NCBI GenBank assembly: GCA_045106415.1
Contig: JBGCEP010000006.1
Location: 8,687 to 72,686 of the forward strand
DNA: 64,000 nucleotides
From: Oligoflexales bacterium
Lineage (GTDB): Bacteria > Bdellovibrionota_B > Oligoflexia > Oligoflexales > Bog-1112
Direction: 5' to 3'
Part shown: positions 47,779 to 57,966 of the stretch, piece by piece
How positions within the stretch are numbered: the stretch's first letter is position 1
Layout: the number at the start of each line of letters is the position of its first letter
Made by a program: the position numbers and the translations under genes
Notes under the pieces: model-generated
The model's database searches: none
Told to the model about the DNA's origin: nothing
What the model saw: the letters and a program-made list of their open reading frames with translations, nothing else

Positions 47779-50700
47779 CTATTTCTCATGTGTTTTTTTG
47801 ATTGCTAAATATAGACATGGCAGAAGAATGAGCGTTAGGCAGGTCGATGAAATGATTCCACCAATAACGACTGTTGCTAAAGGCCTTTGAACTTCTGCGC
47901 CCGTTCCTGTGGCTAGAGCCATTGGTATAAAGCCTAAAGCTGCGACTAAAGCTGTCATTAGCACAGGACGAAGCCGAGATGTTGCACCATCAATAACAGC
48001 TGAATAAAGATCTTTTCCTGAGGCTATTAATTGATTAATGAACGTGATTAAGACTAAACCGTTAAGAACAGCGATGCCAGATAGAGCTATAAATCCAATT
48101 CCAGCTGAAATGGAAAGAGGAATTCCTCTAGCCCAGATTGCAAGTATACCTCCAGTCAGAGCAAGAGGTACGCACGCAAATACGATAAGAGAATCAACGA
48201 TATTACCAAAGCTTGTCATTAGTAAGATTAATATGAGAAATAATGCCATAGGAATTACGATTTTTAATTTTTTAACAGCAGATATCATGTGCTCAAATTG
48301 ACCTCCCCTATTGATCCAGTAACTCGGTGGTATTTCCACATTTTTTTCAATTTGTATTTGAGTTTTTTCTATAAAAGACCCTAGGTCTCGCCCTCTAATA
48401 TTGGTTGTTACGTTCAGGAGTCTTTTTCCATTTTCTCGACTGATTTGGTTTGGTCCATTTTGGAATTGAATATCAGCAATTTGACCTAAAGGGATATACC
48501 CCTTCAAAGAATGATTGTCTGTAGAGTTTGTGAAATCTCCATGGTCGGGTATGGAAATAGCAAGATTTTTAAGCGTACTGAGGTCTTCTCTTAATGAGTC
48601 GTTAAGTCGGACAATAATATCAAAGCGACGATCTCCTTGGTATATTTTCCCCACTTTTTCTCCAGCAAGTGCGGCATGAATAGTATTTTGGACATCTTGT
48701 AAGCTCAAACTCATGCGTGAAATGACTTGGCGGTTAATGTGGATAGAAAGGGATGGGAGGCCATCGACTTGTTCAATGCGAGTGTCTGAAGATCCGTTGA
48801 TTTTTTCTAGTTGAGCCTTAATATCAAGTCCAATAGATTGAAGAATATCCATGTTGTCACCAAATATTTTGACTGCTACGTCAGCTCTAACGCCTGATAT
48901 CATTTCATTGAAACGCATTTGAATGGGCTGAGTGATCTCATAATTATTTCCAGGAGCTTCTTGAATTTTCTTTTCTAATATTTCTACAATATCTTTTTGT
49001 GTAGAGAGCCCAGGAGACCAAGAAGATTTAGGCTTTAAGATGACAAAAGTATCTGCAACGTTTGGAGGCATAGGATCCGAAGCCACCTCAGAAGTACCAA
49101 TTTTTGAAAAAACGTGTTGGACTTCTGGAATTTCTAAAATCTTTTTTTCAAGGTATGTTTGCATTTTGGTTGATTGAGTTAGGCTTGTGCCTGGAATTCT
49201 TAATGCATGAAGAGCAATATCGCCTTCGCCTAACTGTGGGATAAATTCTGTGCCCATTTTACAAGCGATGATAAGAGCCATAAGAAAAATGCCACAGGAA
49301 AAAGAAATGACTTTCTTACTTTCGTGAAGTGATGAAATGAGAACTTGTTTATATTTATTTATGATGGTGTTTATAACTTTTGAGTTGTGATGATTATTTT
49401 TAGATGGTCTGAGAAAACAAGCTATGGCAGCAGGAACAAAAGTAACAGATAAGAGCATAGCTGAGATTAAAGCGATAATCACTGTGATAGCCATGGGGTA
49501 AAACATTTTCCCTTCAATTCCAGAGAGGGTGAGTATAGGAAAATAGACAATAGTGATGATCATTTCACCGAACATGGTTGCAGAACGTACTTCTTTTGTT
49601 GCGCTAAAAACAGTATCCAGACGTTCTCTCAAGGTTAAGTCTGAAGTCGATTTTTGTTGAGCCATATTTAGCCTTGAAATACAGTTCTCAACGATGATGA
49701 CAGCCCCGTCGACAATAAGGCCAAAATCGATAGCTCCTAAACTCATTAAATTCCCACTTATTCTTTGAGTGGCCATCCCAGTGGTTGTCATAAGCATGGA
49801 AAGAGGGATGACAGCTGCTGTGATAAGCGCAGCTCTTAGGTTCCCAAGAAAGATAAATAAAATAAAAATAACAAGAAAAGCTCCTTCTAATAAATTTTTT
49901 CGAACAGTTGAGATGGTTTTTTCAATAAGAGATGTGCGGTTATAAATTTCAGTGGCCTGGACCCCAGGAGGAAGGGAATGATTAATTTTTTTTAATTGTT
50001 CTGAAGAGTCTTTAGCAACTTTCATACTGTTCTCACCTGTGAGCATGAAAACTGTGCCAATAACTGATTCTTTACCATTATATGTTGCAGATCCAGTTTG
50101 TTGCTCTTGTCCGTAGTGAACTGTAGAGACATTGCTAAGATAGATAGGAGTCCCTTGAAAACTTTTAACAGAAAGGTTCCTAATGTCTTCAAGTGTGGAC
50201 AACTGACCTGGTGATCTCACAAGATATTGTTCACCATTTTTCTCAATATAGCCTGCACCTAAATTATTATTGTTATTTGTAATTGCAATCATAATATCTT
50301 GTAGTGTGACGTTATAAGCGAGCATTTTTTGAGGATCTGGAGAAACTTGATACTTTCTCTCTGATCCTCCAATGGTGTTAATTTCTGTGACGCCAACTAC
50401 GTTGACCATTTGTGGTTTTATAATCCAGTCTTGTATCTCTCGTAAATCTTGGAGAGAGTAAGGTGTGTTGTCATTTTTTTTGGCATTATCATCAACTTGA
50501 ATGACCCAAGAGAAAACCTCTCCCAATCCTGTTGAAATAGGGCCCAGGGTTGGGGTGATATGATCTGGTATCTGTTCTTTTACTCTTAGTAATCTTTCAC
50601 TTACAAGTTGTCGAGCAAAATAGATGTCTGTGGTTTCATCAAAAATAATCGTGACTTGTGATAGACCATAACGCGATAATGACCGTGTATATTTACGATG

Positions 50701-50928
50701 AGGAATGCCCGCCATAGCTGTTTCTATCGGAAATGTAATTCGCTGTTCAACTTCTAAGGGTGAATACCCTATTGCTTCACTGTTAATTTGAACTTGAATA
50801 TTGGATATGTCAGGGACTGCATTAATAGTTAGATTTTGACTTTGGTATAAACCAATAAATAGAATAAGAGGAATGGAAGATAAAACCAACCATCTTTTTT
50901 CCACTGCGAAATGTAATATTTTTTCCAT
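47779..50928 (-). CDS. czcA: CzcA/CusA-family heavy-metal efflux RND transporter
   Basis: AVPDISNIQVQI, RSLSRYGLSQVT, NLMSLGAIDFGLIVDGAVIIVEN, RLRPVLMTALVAALGFIPMA, EVQRPLATVVIGG. Confidence 0.95.
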   Translation of the reverse strand: MEKILHFAVEKRWLVLSSIPLILFIGLYQSQNLTINAVPDISNIQVQINSEAIGYSPLEVEQRITFPIETAMAGIPHRKYTRSLSRYGLSQVTIIFDETTDIYFARQLVSERLLRVKEQIPDHITPTLGPISTGLGEVFSWVIQVDDNAKKNDNTPYSLQDLREIQDWIIKPQMVNVVGVTEINTIGGSERKYQVSPDPQKMLAYNVTLQDIMIAITNNNNNLGAGYIEKNGEQYLVRSPGQLSTLEDIRNLSVKSFQGTPIYLSNVSTVHYGQEQQTGSATYNGKESVIGTVFMLTGENSMKVAKDSSEQLKKINHSLPPGVQATEIYNRTSLIEKTISTVRKNLLEGAFLVIFILFIFLGNLRAALITAAVIPLSMLMTTTGMATQRISGNLMSLGAIDFGLIVDGAVIIVENCISRLNMAQQKSTSDLTLRERLDTVFSATKEVRSATMFGEMIITIVYFPILTLSGIEGKMFYPMAITVIIALISAMLLSVTFVPAAIACFLRPSKNNHHNSKVINTIINKYKQVLISSLHESKKVISFSCGIFLMALIIACKMGTEFIPQLGEGDIALHALRIPGTSLTQSTKMQTYLEKKILEIPEVQHVFSKIGTSEVASDPMPPNVADTFVILKPKSSWSPGLSTQKDIVEILEKKIQEAPGNNYEITQPIQMRFNEMISGVRADVAVKIFGDNMDILQSIGLDIKAQLEKINGSSDTRIEQVDGLPSLSIHINRQVISRMSLSLQDVQNTIHAALAGEKVGKIYQGDRRFDIIVRLNDSLREDLSTLKNLAISIPDHGDFTNSTDNHSLKGYIPLGQIADIQFQNGPNQISRENGKRLLNVTTNIRGRDLGSFIEKTQIQIEKNVEIPPSYWINRGGQFEHMISAVKKLKIVIPMALFLILILLMTSFGNIVDSLIVFACVPLALTGGILAIWARGIPLSISAGIGFIALSGIAVLNGLVLITFINQLIASGKDLYSAVIDGATSRLRPVLMTALVAALGFIPMALATGTGAEVQRPLATVVIGGIISSTCLTLILLPCLYLAIKKTHEK

Positions 50929-50935
50929 ATTTACC

Positions 50936-51895
50936 TCAATGGCTATGGCTAGCTTCAGATTTTAAAAGTTCAGCTTTAAACAAAAAACTCTCTTCTTTAA
51001 TATATTCTGTATTTTCTTTAATATTCATGATGGCTGTATACAATCCGTTTGTTTTTTCTTTTTTAATTTCTAATTTCTTGAACTTTCCATCACCTAAATT
51101 TATAAATATGACCTCTTTGTGGCGAATCTTTTGTATAGCGGTATTTTTAATGAGCAAGTATTGTTTTTTTGATCGTAAATGAAGAGTTGCTGATAGGAAT
51201 AGCCCTGGTTTCCATAATTTATTTGTATTCTCTAACGAAACTCTGACAATAATGGATTGAGAATCTTTTGACATTACAGGGTCGAATGTTTCTATCTGAG
51301 CATTAAAAATTTTATCTTGAATAGGGTGAGTAATTGATATTTTAATAAGATTTTTAAATTTATGGATATACTGATGAGGGACTTGAATATCAGCCCAAAC
51401 ACGACTCAAGTCAGATATTTCAAATAAAATTTGACTAGGAGTTGCATACATACCTGCTATTGAATTTTTTTGAATAACAACACCAGAAAATGGAGATATC
51501 ACATTAAATTCCGATAATGTATCACTTGCTGTAATTTTTGCGAGAAGATCACCCTTATTAACAGTGTCACCTAGAACTTTGTATGTTTTTTTGATCACTC
51601 CTGGGTATTGAGGAGATATTGAAGAAGTTTTATATGGGTTTTTACGGATATGACCAAAAATCTTGATGTTTTCATCAAGATAGTCTTTTTTCACTTTTCC
51701 CACTTTAATGCCAAGATTTATGAATGAAGAAGAGCTAATTTGCACATATTCATCATCATGATGTTCGTGATTTTTGTCATGTTCGTGATTTTTGTCATGT
51801 TCGTCATTCTGATGTTCATTTCCAACGACGAAGTTAGAGATAGATAAAAAAGAAAAAAATAGAATAAAAATTATATATGATTTTCTATAAATCAA
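50936..51895 (-). CDS. czcB: CzcB-like periplasmic adaptor with His-rich N-terminus and no alpha-hairpin
   Basis: EHDKNHEHDKNHEHHDD; lipoyl halves joined directly (GDLLAKITASDTLSEFNVISPFSGVV); DLSRVWA; WKPGLF; KAELLKSEASHSH; TTG start after AGGAG. Confidence 0.88.
   Translation of the reverse strand: MIYRKSYIIFILFFSFLSISNFVVGNEHQNDEHDKNHEHDKNHEHHDDEYVQISSSSFINLGIKVGKVKKDYLDENIKIFGHIRKNPYKTSSISPQYPGVIKKTYKVLGDTVNKGDLLAKITASDTLSEFNVISPFSGVVIQKNSIAGMYATPSQILFEISDLSRVWADIQVPHQYIHKFKNLIKISITHPIQDKIFNAQIETFDPVMSKDSQSIIVRVSLENTNKLWKPGLFLSATLHLRSKKQYLLIKNTAIQKIRHKEVIFINLGDGKFKKLEIKKEKTNGLYTAIMNIKENTEYIKEESFLFKAELLKSEASHSH
51761..51804. repeat. 18-bp tandem repeat (about 2.4 copies) encoding the His-rich HDKNHE unit
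   Basis: ATGTTCGTGATTTTTGTC x2 followed by ATGTTCGT. Confidence 0.9.
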
Positions 51896-53387
51896 TTTTT
51901 CTCCTAAAGGTGATATTTTTCTCATTTTGATCTAAAGTACCAATGCCTTTTGACATCATTTTCAATATAATTGTATTTTGGTCTTCATCTATAAATCCTG
52001 ATGCGACTCTTGTGTTGTTATCAAGCTCGAGAGCTATCCATCCTGTTTGGATATCAAAACTTCCTCCTGTAATAGAGATTGTCCTATGCCGAAATTTTGA
52101 CTTGTATACAATGCTTCCATAGAAAGTATAAGGATTAAAAGGATTTGAAGAATTTAGAATGGAGTCTTTTTTTAAGGTTCCTAGTTCCATATCATATTTT
52201 TCTGACTGAAAGAAACCCTCAAGGCTAGGTCTATCCTTAATGAGGGAGATAGAATTTTTTTGTAATGAAAATTTGCCATAATCACCATAAAATTTATTAT
52301 ACAAATGTCCTTCTATTTTATTATTGTGTAGATGAGTGATATGAATCATGAATGGATTTGCTGCAGAATTCTCAAAAAATAATGATTTTTGAATAGCTTG
52401 AGTTGTCTTTTTTTGAAATTTAAAGGATATCGCCTCATTTTTTTGTGAACTTATAAAAAATAAAGAATTTATACTTAGAAAAGATGCTGATTGATCTTGA
52501 AAAGAATGAATATTTAAAGAAAGATTTTTGTGAATATTATTTCCATTGAGTATAAGTTCTCCAGAATAAATGCCATCTGAAATTTGGATATGTTTGTTAT
52601 TTTTCTTATGTGTCACTAAGTTTTGATTGATTTTTTTTTGCTTTATATCTGGAGTTTCTTTTTTATATAAACAAGGTCCACATTGGATTGAGGAATGATT
52701 CTTGATCGTGCAATCAACGATATTCCTATTACTAGACAGTGAAAGGGAGGCATCGAAAAAATTATAGTTGCCAGAATTAAAATGTTCAGTAATGCAAAAT
52801 TGATTTTTTGAACAAGAGAAACTTCCTGCTTCGCTCATTTGACCAGTAATGGAATAGGAGTAGAAGGGTTCACCTAAAGAAGAAAATCCTTCATCATTTC
52901 TATATGCGTAAAGATGGAGTCGCCTTTTTTTATTTTTGCATAAACTTTTATATGTCCCAGTAATAGATCCTAATTCATTAATATCATGATTCTTTTGTTG
53001 TTGTAACTTTAATTCTCCAATATAACCATGGGTAGAGGAGTGGGCTTTAGCAACTATTTCACCATTCTTAAATTTTGAGGTGTTAAAAGAAATGTTTTGA
53101 TCTCTCTCACTGAAAAGTAAAGTGTTTTCGAGTACGTTATAATATACGTTGTTATAGTGATATGTAAGATATTCGTGAGAATTATCTTCGCCAAAATATA
53201 TTTTTAGAAAGGCGTGGATTTTAAGTTTTTTATTTTCGTTTCTAAATGTGACAAATTCAAGTTGAACTTTCTGTTTAGAATTTAATGTGTCGTGATAAAG
53301 ATACCCATAATATTTTGAGAATGCTGAAGCATTTGAAATGTGGTTATAGAATAAAATGTTTAAAAAAATAATGCTAATGATTTTCAT
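51885..53387 (-). CDS. Secreted protein with about four beta-rich repeat domains, function unknown
   Basis: Signal peptide; units begin YYGYL, ITGTYKS, DGIYSG and LEGFFQ; similar to the repeats of 55859-57877. Confidence 0.7.
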   Translation of the reverse strand: MKIISIIFLNILFYNHISNASAFSKYYGYLYHDTLNSKQKVQLEFVTFRNENKKLKIHAFLKIYFGEDNSHEYLTYHYNNVYYNVLENTLLFSERDQNISFNTSKFKNGEIVAKAHSSTHGYIGELKLQQQKNHDINELGSITGTYKSLCKNKKRRLHLYAYRNDEGFSSLGEPFYSYSITGQMSEAGSFSCSKNQFCITEHFNSGNYNFFDASLSLSSNRNIVDCTIKNHSSIQCGPCLYKKETPDIKQKKINQNLVTHKKNNKHIQISDGIYSGELILNGNNIHKNLSLNIHSFQDQSASFLSINSLFFISSQKNEAISFKFQKKTTQAIQKSLFFENSAANPFMIHITHLHNNKIEGHLYNKFYGDYGKFSLQKNSISLIKDRPSLEGFFQSEKYDMELGTLKKDSILNSSNPFNPYTFYGSIVYKSKFRHRTISITGGSFDIQTGWIALELDNNTRVASGFIDEDQNTIILKMMSKGIGTLDQNEKNITFRRKIDL

Positions 53388-54630
53388 TTTTCACTCTCAC
53401 TTTTGAACCTAATGTTTTTTCTAGCTGAATGCGTTCTGATAGAAAAGAAAATTTCAATTTTTTTGATTTTTTCTGTGATTGTATATAGCGTGAAAGAGCA
53501 TCTAAAAGATCTGAAGATGTTTTATATCCTCTTTTGTATTCTTTTTCTATAAAGTTAAAATATGTAAGATTCATATCAATGTTTTTGGATTCAAGATCAA
53601 TTCTTTTTTCAATTGTTTTCAATCTTCTATATGAAATTTCAATGTTAGTAATAAGGTCTAGTATGTCTTGTTTTAGTTTTAAGTTGTTTTTTTCATATGT
53701 GTATCTATCAATATTTTTAGTGTGATTCCCAGAAAAACCAGAGAAGAAATTGAAGTCAAAAGAGATGACAGCCTGTGTTTCGAGTTTTCTTTGGCTATTA
53801 CTGGCATTAATATATCCTGATTTTACTTCAAGGTTAATATCTGGTAACCAGTCATTATAATGTCGTTGTAAATAATAAGAACTTTTCTCTATTTCGTAAG
53901 AAGTTAGAATAATTTGTTCATTTGATTGATAACCTTTATTGATATAGAACATGAGATCTTCTTCAATGTGTTGATGTGTAAGCCTCCCTACAGGTCTGAT
54001 GTAAGGTCCTATTTTGTTTCCTAAAAGTCTTTTGATCTCAATTCTGGATTCTTCTAAGTCTTGTTTTAAGCCTTCTAAATCTGATTTTAAAGTAGCATTT
54101 TGTGCTTCGAAAAACATGACGTCTGCTTTAGAAAAACGCCCTTTACTCATAAGGCTTTTGGCAATTTTAATGTGGGACCTGTTTTGTTTTATAGCATATT
54201 CTTGTATATAAATTAAGTCTTGATAATATGTACTTTTGTGGAATTCAAATTCAACATCAAGGGTTATGTGGAATTTTTTGATTTCATTAATTTTTTTTTG
54301 TTTTATGATATTTGATTTTTCTATGTCAATATTTCTGTGGTCGTTATTTTTATTGAGAATGTTCTGCTTTAAATAAAGGTAAGATTGACCTTGGGATTGA
54401 GAGGAATTTATTAAATTTGGCGATTCAGCTTGAATACCGATGGATGGATAAAAAAATGATTCATAATATTTTTTTCTCTCAATAAGTTTTTGAATATCAA
54501 ATTCAGATGAAGAAATTTGATAATTATTATCAATAGCAATGTCTTGAGCATCTTCTAAAGTTAGCTCTGTCTTAGCTTGAGAAAAAATAGCTGTAGATAT
54601 GAATATATTTATAAAAATAAAGAATTTCAT
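53374..54630 (-). CDS. TolC/CzcC-family outer membrane efflux protein
   Basis: LTLEDAQDIAIDNN, FYPSI, WLPDINL, EYKRGYKTSSDLLDA; ATG 54630 after GGAG. Confidence 0.88.
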   Translation of the reverse strand: MKFFIFINIFISTAIFSQAKTELTLEDAQDIAIDNNYQISSSEFDIQKLIERKKYYESFFYPSIGIQAESPNLINSSQSQGQSYLYLKQNILNKNNDHRNIDIEKSNIIKQKKINEIKKFHITLDVEFEFHKSTYYQDLIYIQEYAIKQNRSHIKIAKSLMSKGRFSKADVMFFEAQNATLKSDLEGLKQDLEESRIEIKRLLGNKIGPYIRPVGRLTHQHIEEDLMFYINKGYQSNEQIILTSYEIEKSSYYLQRHYNDWLPDINLEVKSGYINASNSQRKLETQAVISFDFNFFSGFSGNHTKNIDRYTYEKNNLKLKQDILDLITNIEISYRRLKTIEKRIDLESKNIDMNLTYFNFIEKEYKRGYKTSSDLLDALSRYIQSQKKSKKLKFSFLSERIQLEKTLGSKVRVKNENH

Positions 54631-54631
54631 A

Positions 54632-55198
54632 TCACACTCCTGTAATCGAACCATGAACGAATTGATTAGGTGTCCAAATATGATGAGGATTTTCTATTTT
54701 AGTAATGACTTCAAAAGTCTGAGTTTGATCTTTTAATATAGGCGATATGTAAATAATTTTAGAAGAATAAATATTTTTCTTTCCAAGATCTGAGATTTTA
54801 ATAATCATGTTCTTTTGTATTTTATTAGAGTATTTATTGTGGATGTTAAATATAGACCACAAATGTTTTAAGTCAGTAATTGTTGCAATGATATCTCCTT
54901 TCTGAATCATTTGACCTTGTGTAGATGCATTTTCTATGATTGTTCCGTCTAATGGGGATTTGAAGTGAAAGTGATTAAATCCATTGCTTTTTTCAAGAGA
55001 GGCAAAGGTTGATCCTTTTTTTATATAATCTCCCTCTTTGAAATATACGTGAGAAATTATACCTGAATAGTGACTAGAAAGATGAGTTGTGTACTCTTTG
55101 TCTGTTGTGATTAACCCATAACCTTGAATAGGTGTAATATTGGCTATGATATTCTGAGACCAACTTAAAAATATGAATATTCTTATACAAAAGTCCAT
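54632..55198 (-). CDS. Second, minimal RND periplasmic adaptor (lipoyl + beta-barrel only)
   Basis: SGIISHVYFKEGDYIKKG...FKSPLDGTII...DLKHLW...YISPIL...TQTF...WTPNQFVHG. Confidence 0.8.
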   Translation of the reverse strand: MDFCIRIFIFLSWSQNIIANITPIQGYGLITTDKEYTTHLSSHYSGIISHVYFKEGDYIKKGSTFASLEKSNGFNHFHFKSPLDGTIIENASTQGQMIQKGDIIATITDLKHLWSIFNIHNKYSNKIQKNMIIKISDLGKKNIYSSKIIYISPILKDQTQTFEVITKIENPHHIWTPNQFVHGSITGV

Positions 55199-55866
55199 AA
55201 TGCGAAACCCATTTGTTGAAAATGAATATTTGATTTTTGTATGTTTCTTATAAAATTCATCTGGAGGGAACAATATATATTTGATGAAAGTTGTGTTTTG
55301 AGTTGACCACCATATGTAATGCTCCATAGAGTTTGATTGTAATGGGATCCATCGAGAGTGCCATCATGATGAAACCAGAGTCTTTGTATTCCGAGTTGCA
55401 ATGCAGGCTGTGTGTGAAAAAATTTAAGTTGAGGTATCTCATAAAAAAAATCAAGATTCATAGGAAGCCACTGAATAGATAATAACTCGTTAAATTCAAT
55501 ATGGTTATAATTGTTGACTATAATTTTTTGTTTAATAAGACCATAGCCAACTGAAGGTGTCATGTTAATATTGAGATAGTGAGATGTCAGTATTTTTTTT
55601 GAAATATGAACGGCTGGATAGATGAAGTCAGGAATATGTGTGTAGTTAACAATAAAATTTTTACTATAAAGTGGGAAATTTTTGAACGAAGATTTTTGAA
55701 GACTTGCACCAGCTCCAATATCGTGAGTGTGGTTATCTCGATTTGTTTTATTTGATGTTTTTTTGAAAATATCATTATAGATATTTTCATCTATTTGAAA
55801 TTTAAAATTCTGGCAATAAGCACGGTTTCCATATAATACCAAAAGTATCATAATAATTTTATTCAT
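55183..55866 (-). CDS. Putative outer-membrane beta-barrel protein with an HTHD motif
   Basis: Signal peptide; DNHTHD; amphipathic strands; C-terminus GFALWTFV. Confidence 0.55.
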   Translation of the reverse strand: MNKIIMILLVLYGNRAYCQNFKFQIDENIYNDIFKKTSNKTNRDNHTHDIGAGASLQKSSFKNFPLYSKNFIVNYTHIPDFIYPAVHISKKILTSHYLNINMTPSVGYGLIKQKIIVNNYNHIEFNELLSIQWLPMNLDFFYEIPQLKFFHTQPALQLGIQRLWFHHDGTLDGSHYNQTLWSITYGGQLKTQLSSNIYCSLQMNFIRNIQKSNIHFQQMGFALWTFV

Positions 55867-57877
55867 ATTTCCCCTCTAAAGTCGCAATTTTTCCTGCAGC
55901 GCCAAAAAACAAATCAGCAGATATTTCTTGATTGTCTACAATTCCAATGAAAGATAACTTAAGATCTTCAACGTATCCAGATAGTTTTTTTGTACAAAAA
56001 TCGTACTCAATATCTTGAAAGACATATTCGACATACTCGGAGTCTTGATAGGGGCTGAAATAAAATCTTATATGACCAGTAATAGATAGACCGTGGGGGT
56101 TTGAGATGTTTTGTGAGCTTACAAATGACAAAGTGAAATTTTCTGGAAGTTGTGTTTCTTCTGATAAATTTTTTAATTTACCTTGGTAAACACCCGTTAA
56201 GTTGCCTTGTTTCATTTCTAAATCATTTTGGACAGGAGGTGCGTTATTATCCTGTGAAGTGACAAAAGATCCGGAAAGAGTACCTGAATCTGATGTCCAG
56301 GTACCATGGATTTCTCCATTGTGATATTCAAATTTTAGGACGACATGCTGGTCATCAGAAAAAGCAGTAGATATTTTTGTTTCAGGATTAAAATCAATTC
56401 TGGAAAATTTATAAAATATGTATTCTGTTTTTTTGTCGTTTAAATAAACTTTGATATGTCCTGATATTTTTAGATCATTTTCTTTTGATGTTGTCATTTG
56501 TAGGACGATATGCTGGTGTTTTAAGTCTTGATCCCATTGAATATAACCGTGATATAAACCTTCGAGGTTAAATTTAGAATCTGTTATTTTGTGGGGTGTA
56601 AATGTTAGAATAGCAGGTTCGTTCCACTTGGCATAAGATAAATGAGGTTCCCATACACCGTTTTGAAAAACACCCGAAAAACTCATGGAATACGGCTTTT
56701 CTGTTTTTAAACTTAAGACCCTAGTAAATGGGTTGTAATGAATATCCTGTGTGTTTGCTTCAAGGTACTCTTGAGAATCATAAGACCCAATATAAAATCG
56801 AACACCACCGTGAATTTCCCATTTTTTTGTACTATCTTGTAATGGAATAATTTTTAAATTTATAGAAATATTTTCTGGTAGATGAGTGTTTTGCTGAGCT
56901 TCTTGAGGTATCGTGCTGTAATATGTTCCTGATAATGTACTTTCTTCTTGTAGTATGGAGAGATCAAATTTTTTTTGTTTGTCAAAATTTTGATCAAAAT
57001 AGAAAGTGCTATTTTCATTTGATGTTAATGAGTGCCATTGCCCTTCAAAGATACCATTGGTATACCGACCGTAAAGGGTAATTTCACCGTGTGTGTCTTG
57101 TGCTGAGATATTGCCATTCATAATATGGATTTGAATATCGTCGAAACGGTAAGATTGGAATTCATGATTTTTATACGGCCCATTGTAGAGAATTAAAGTA
57201 ATAGAAGTTAGAAAAGAGTCTTTTTGTTCTTTGTAAGTTTGAAAAAGAACTTCTGCATGATGGAAACTCTGTGTTGCTTCATCTCTCATGAAAACGCCAG
57301 GGAGGCTGGCATCGAGAGGGTTGCTTTGTGTGATTGAATCTTCTACCTTCTTTTTTGCAAAAGACAAGGTGCCATGAAGACCTGTGGAACCTGATACCCA
57401 AGATCCATTGATATGATCGTTTTCTTTGATCCCTTCAATGGAAAGAACACCGTAGATACTGTTCTCGAGCTCAAGCGTGAGTTGTTGTAGGCTTTCATCA
57501 TACTCACTATTGATAACTTTATAGGAGATTTTTTTTCCTGACCCAGAACTGTAACTTGCGAGCACATAACCGTTTAATGTCGGAGTTCGTATGGCATCAA
57601 TTGAGTTGCTATCTTTAAAAAGTCGGTCTTGAGATTCGAGCCAAAGTTCGAGTTCTTGCAGAGGACGTCCTTTGTTGTCATATATTGTGCCATGATAAGC
57701 GCCAATGACTTCTTCTAACTCTGCTTTTTTGGAAAGAGCATAACTTCGGATTTGATCTTTTTTCGTTTGGCGATCACTAGAGGTGTGATCTGGGTCACAT
57801 GAGAAAACAAGTGGAGATAAAAATACACTCAATATAAAAATTTTGATTTGATAGCTAAATGAGTGTTGATAAAACAT
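55859..57877 (-). CDS. Lipoprotein with five beta-rich repeat domains, function unknown
   Basis: Lipobox VFSC; units begin IGAYHG, LPGVF, LSGTYY, LEGLYHG and LTGVYQG; GAGG RBS. Confidence 0.75.
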   Translation of the reverse strand: MFYQHSFSYQIKIFILSVFLSPLVFSCDPDHTSSDRQTKKDQIRSYALSKKAELEEVIGAYHGTIYDNKGRPLQELELWLESQDRLFKDSNSIDAIRTPTLNGYVLASYSSGSGKKISYKVINSEYDESLQQLTLELENSIYGVLSIEGIKENDHINGSWVSGSTGLHGTLSFAKKKVEDSITQSNPLDASLPGVFMRDEATQSFHHAEVLFQTYKEQKDSFLTSITLILYNGPYKNHEFQSYRFDDIQIHIMNGNISAQDTHGEITLYGRYTNGIFEGQWHSLTSNENSTFYFDQNFDKQKKFDLSILQEESTLSGTYYSTIPQEAQQNTHLPENISINLKIIPLQDSTKKWEIHGGVRFYIGSYDSQEYLEANTQDIHYNPFTRVLSLKTEKPYSMSFSGVFQNGVWEPHLSYAKWNEPAILTFTPHKITDSKFNLEGLYHGYIQWDQDLKHQHIVLQMTTSKENDLKISGHIKVYLNDKKTEYIFYKFSRIDFNPETKISTAFSDDQHVVLKFEYHNGEIHGTWTSDSGTLSGSFVTSQDNNAPPVQNDLEMKQGNLTGVYQGKLKNLSEETQLPENFTLSFVSSQNISNPHGLSITGHIRFYFSPYQDSEYVEYVFQDIEYDFCTKKLSGYVEDLKLSFIGIVDNQEISADLFFGAAGKIATLEGKYE

Positions 57878-57966
57878 GCTTTACCTCTGACCCTTTGATG
57901 TTGATAGTGGCAGCATATTCTAGTCAGAACTTTTGGTAAAGTTTTTGAAAAGTTGATTTTTTTTGA

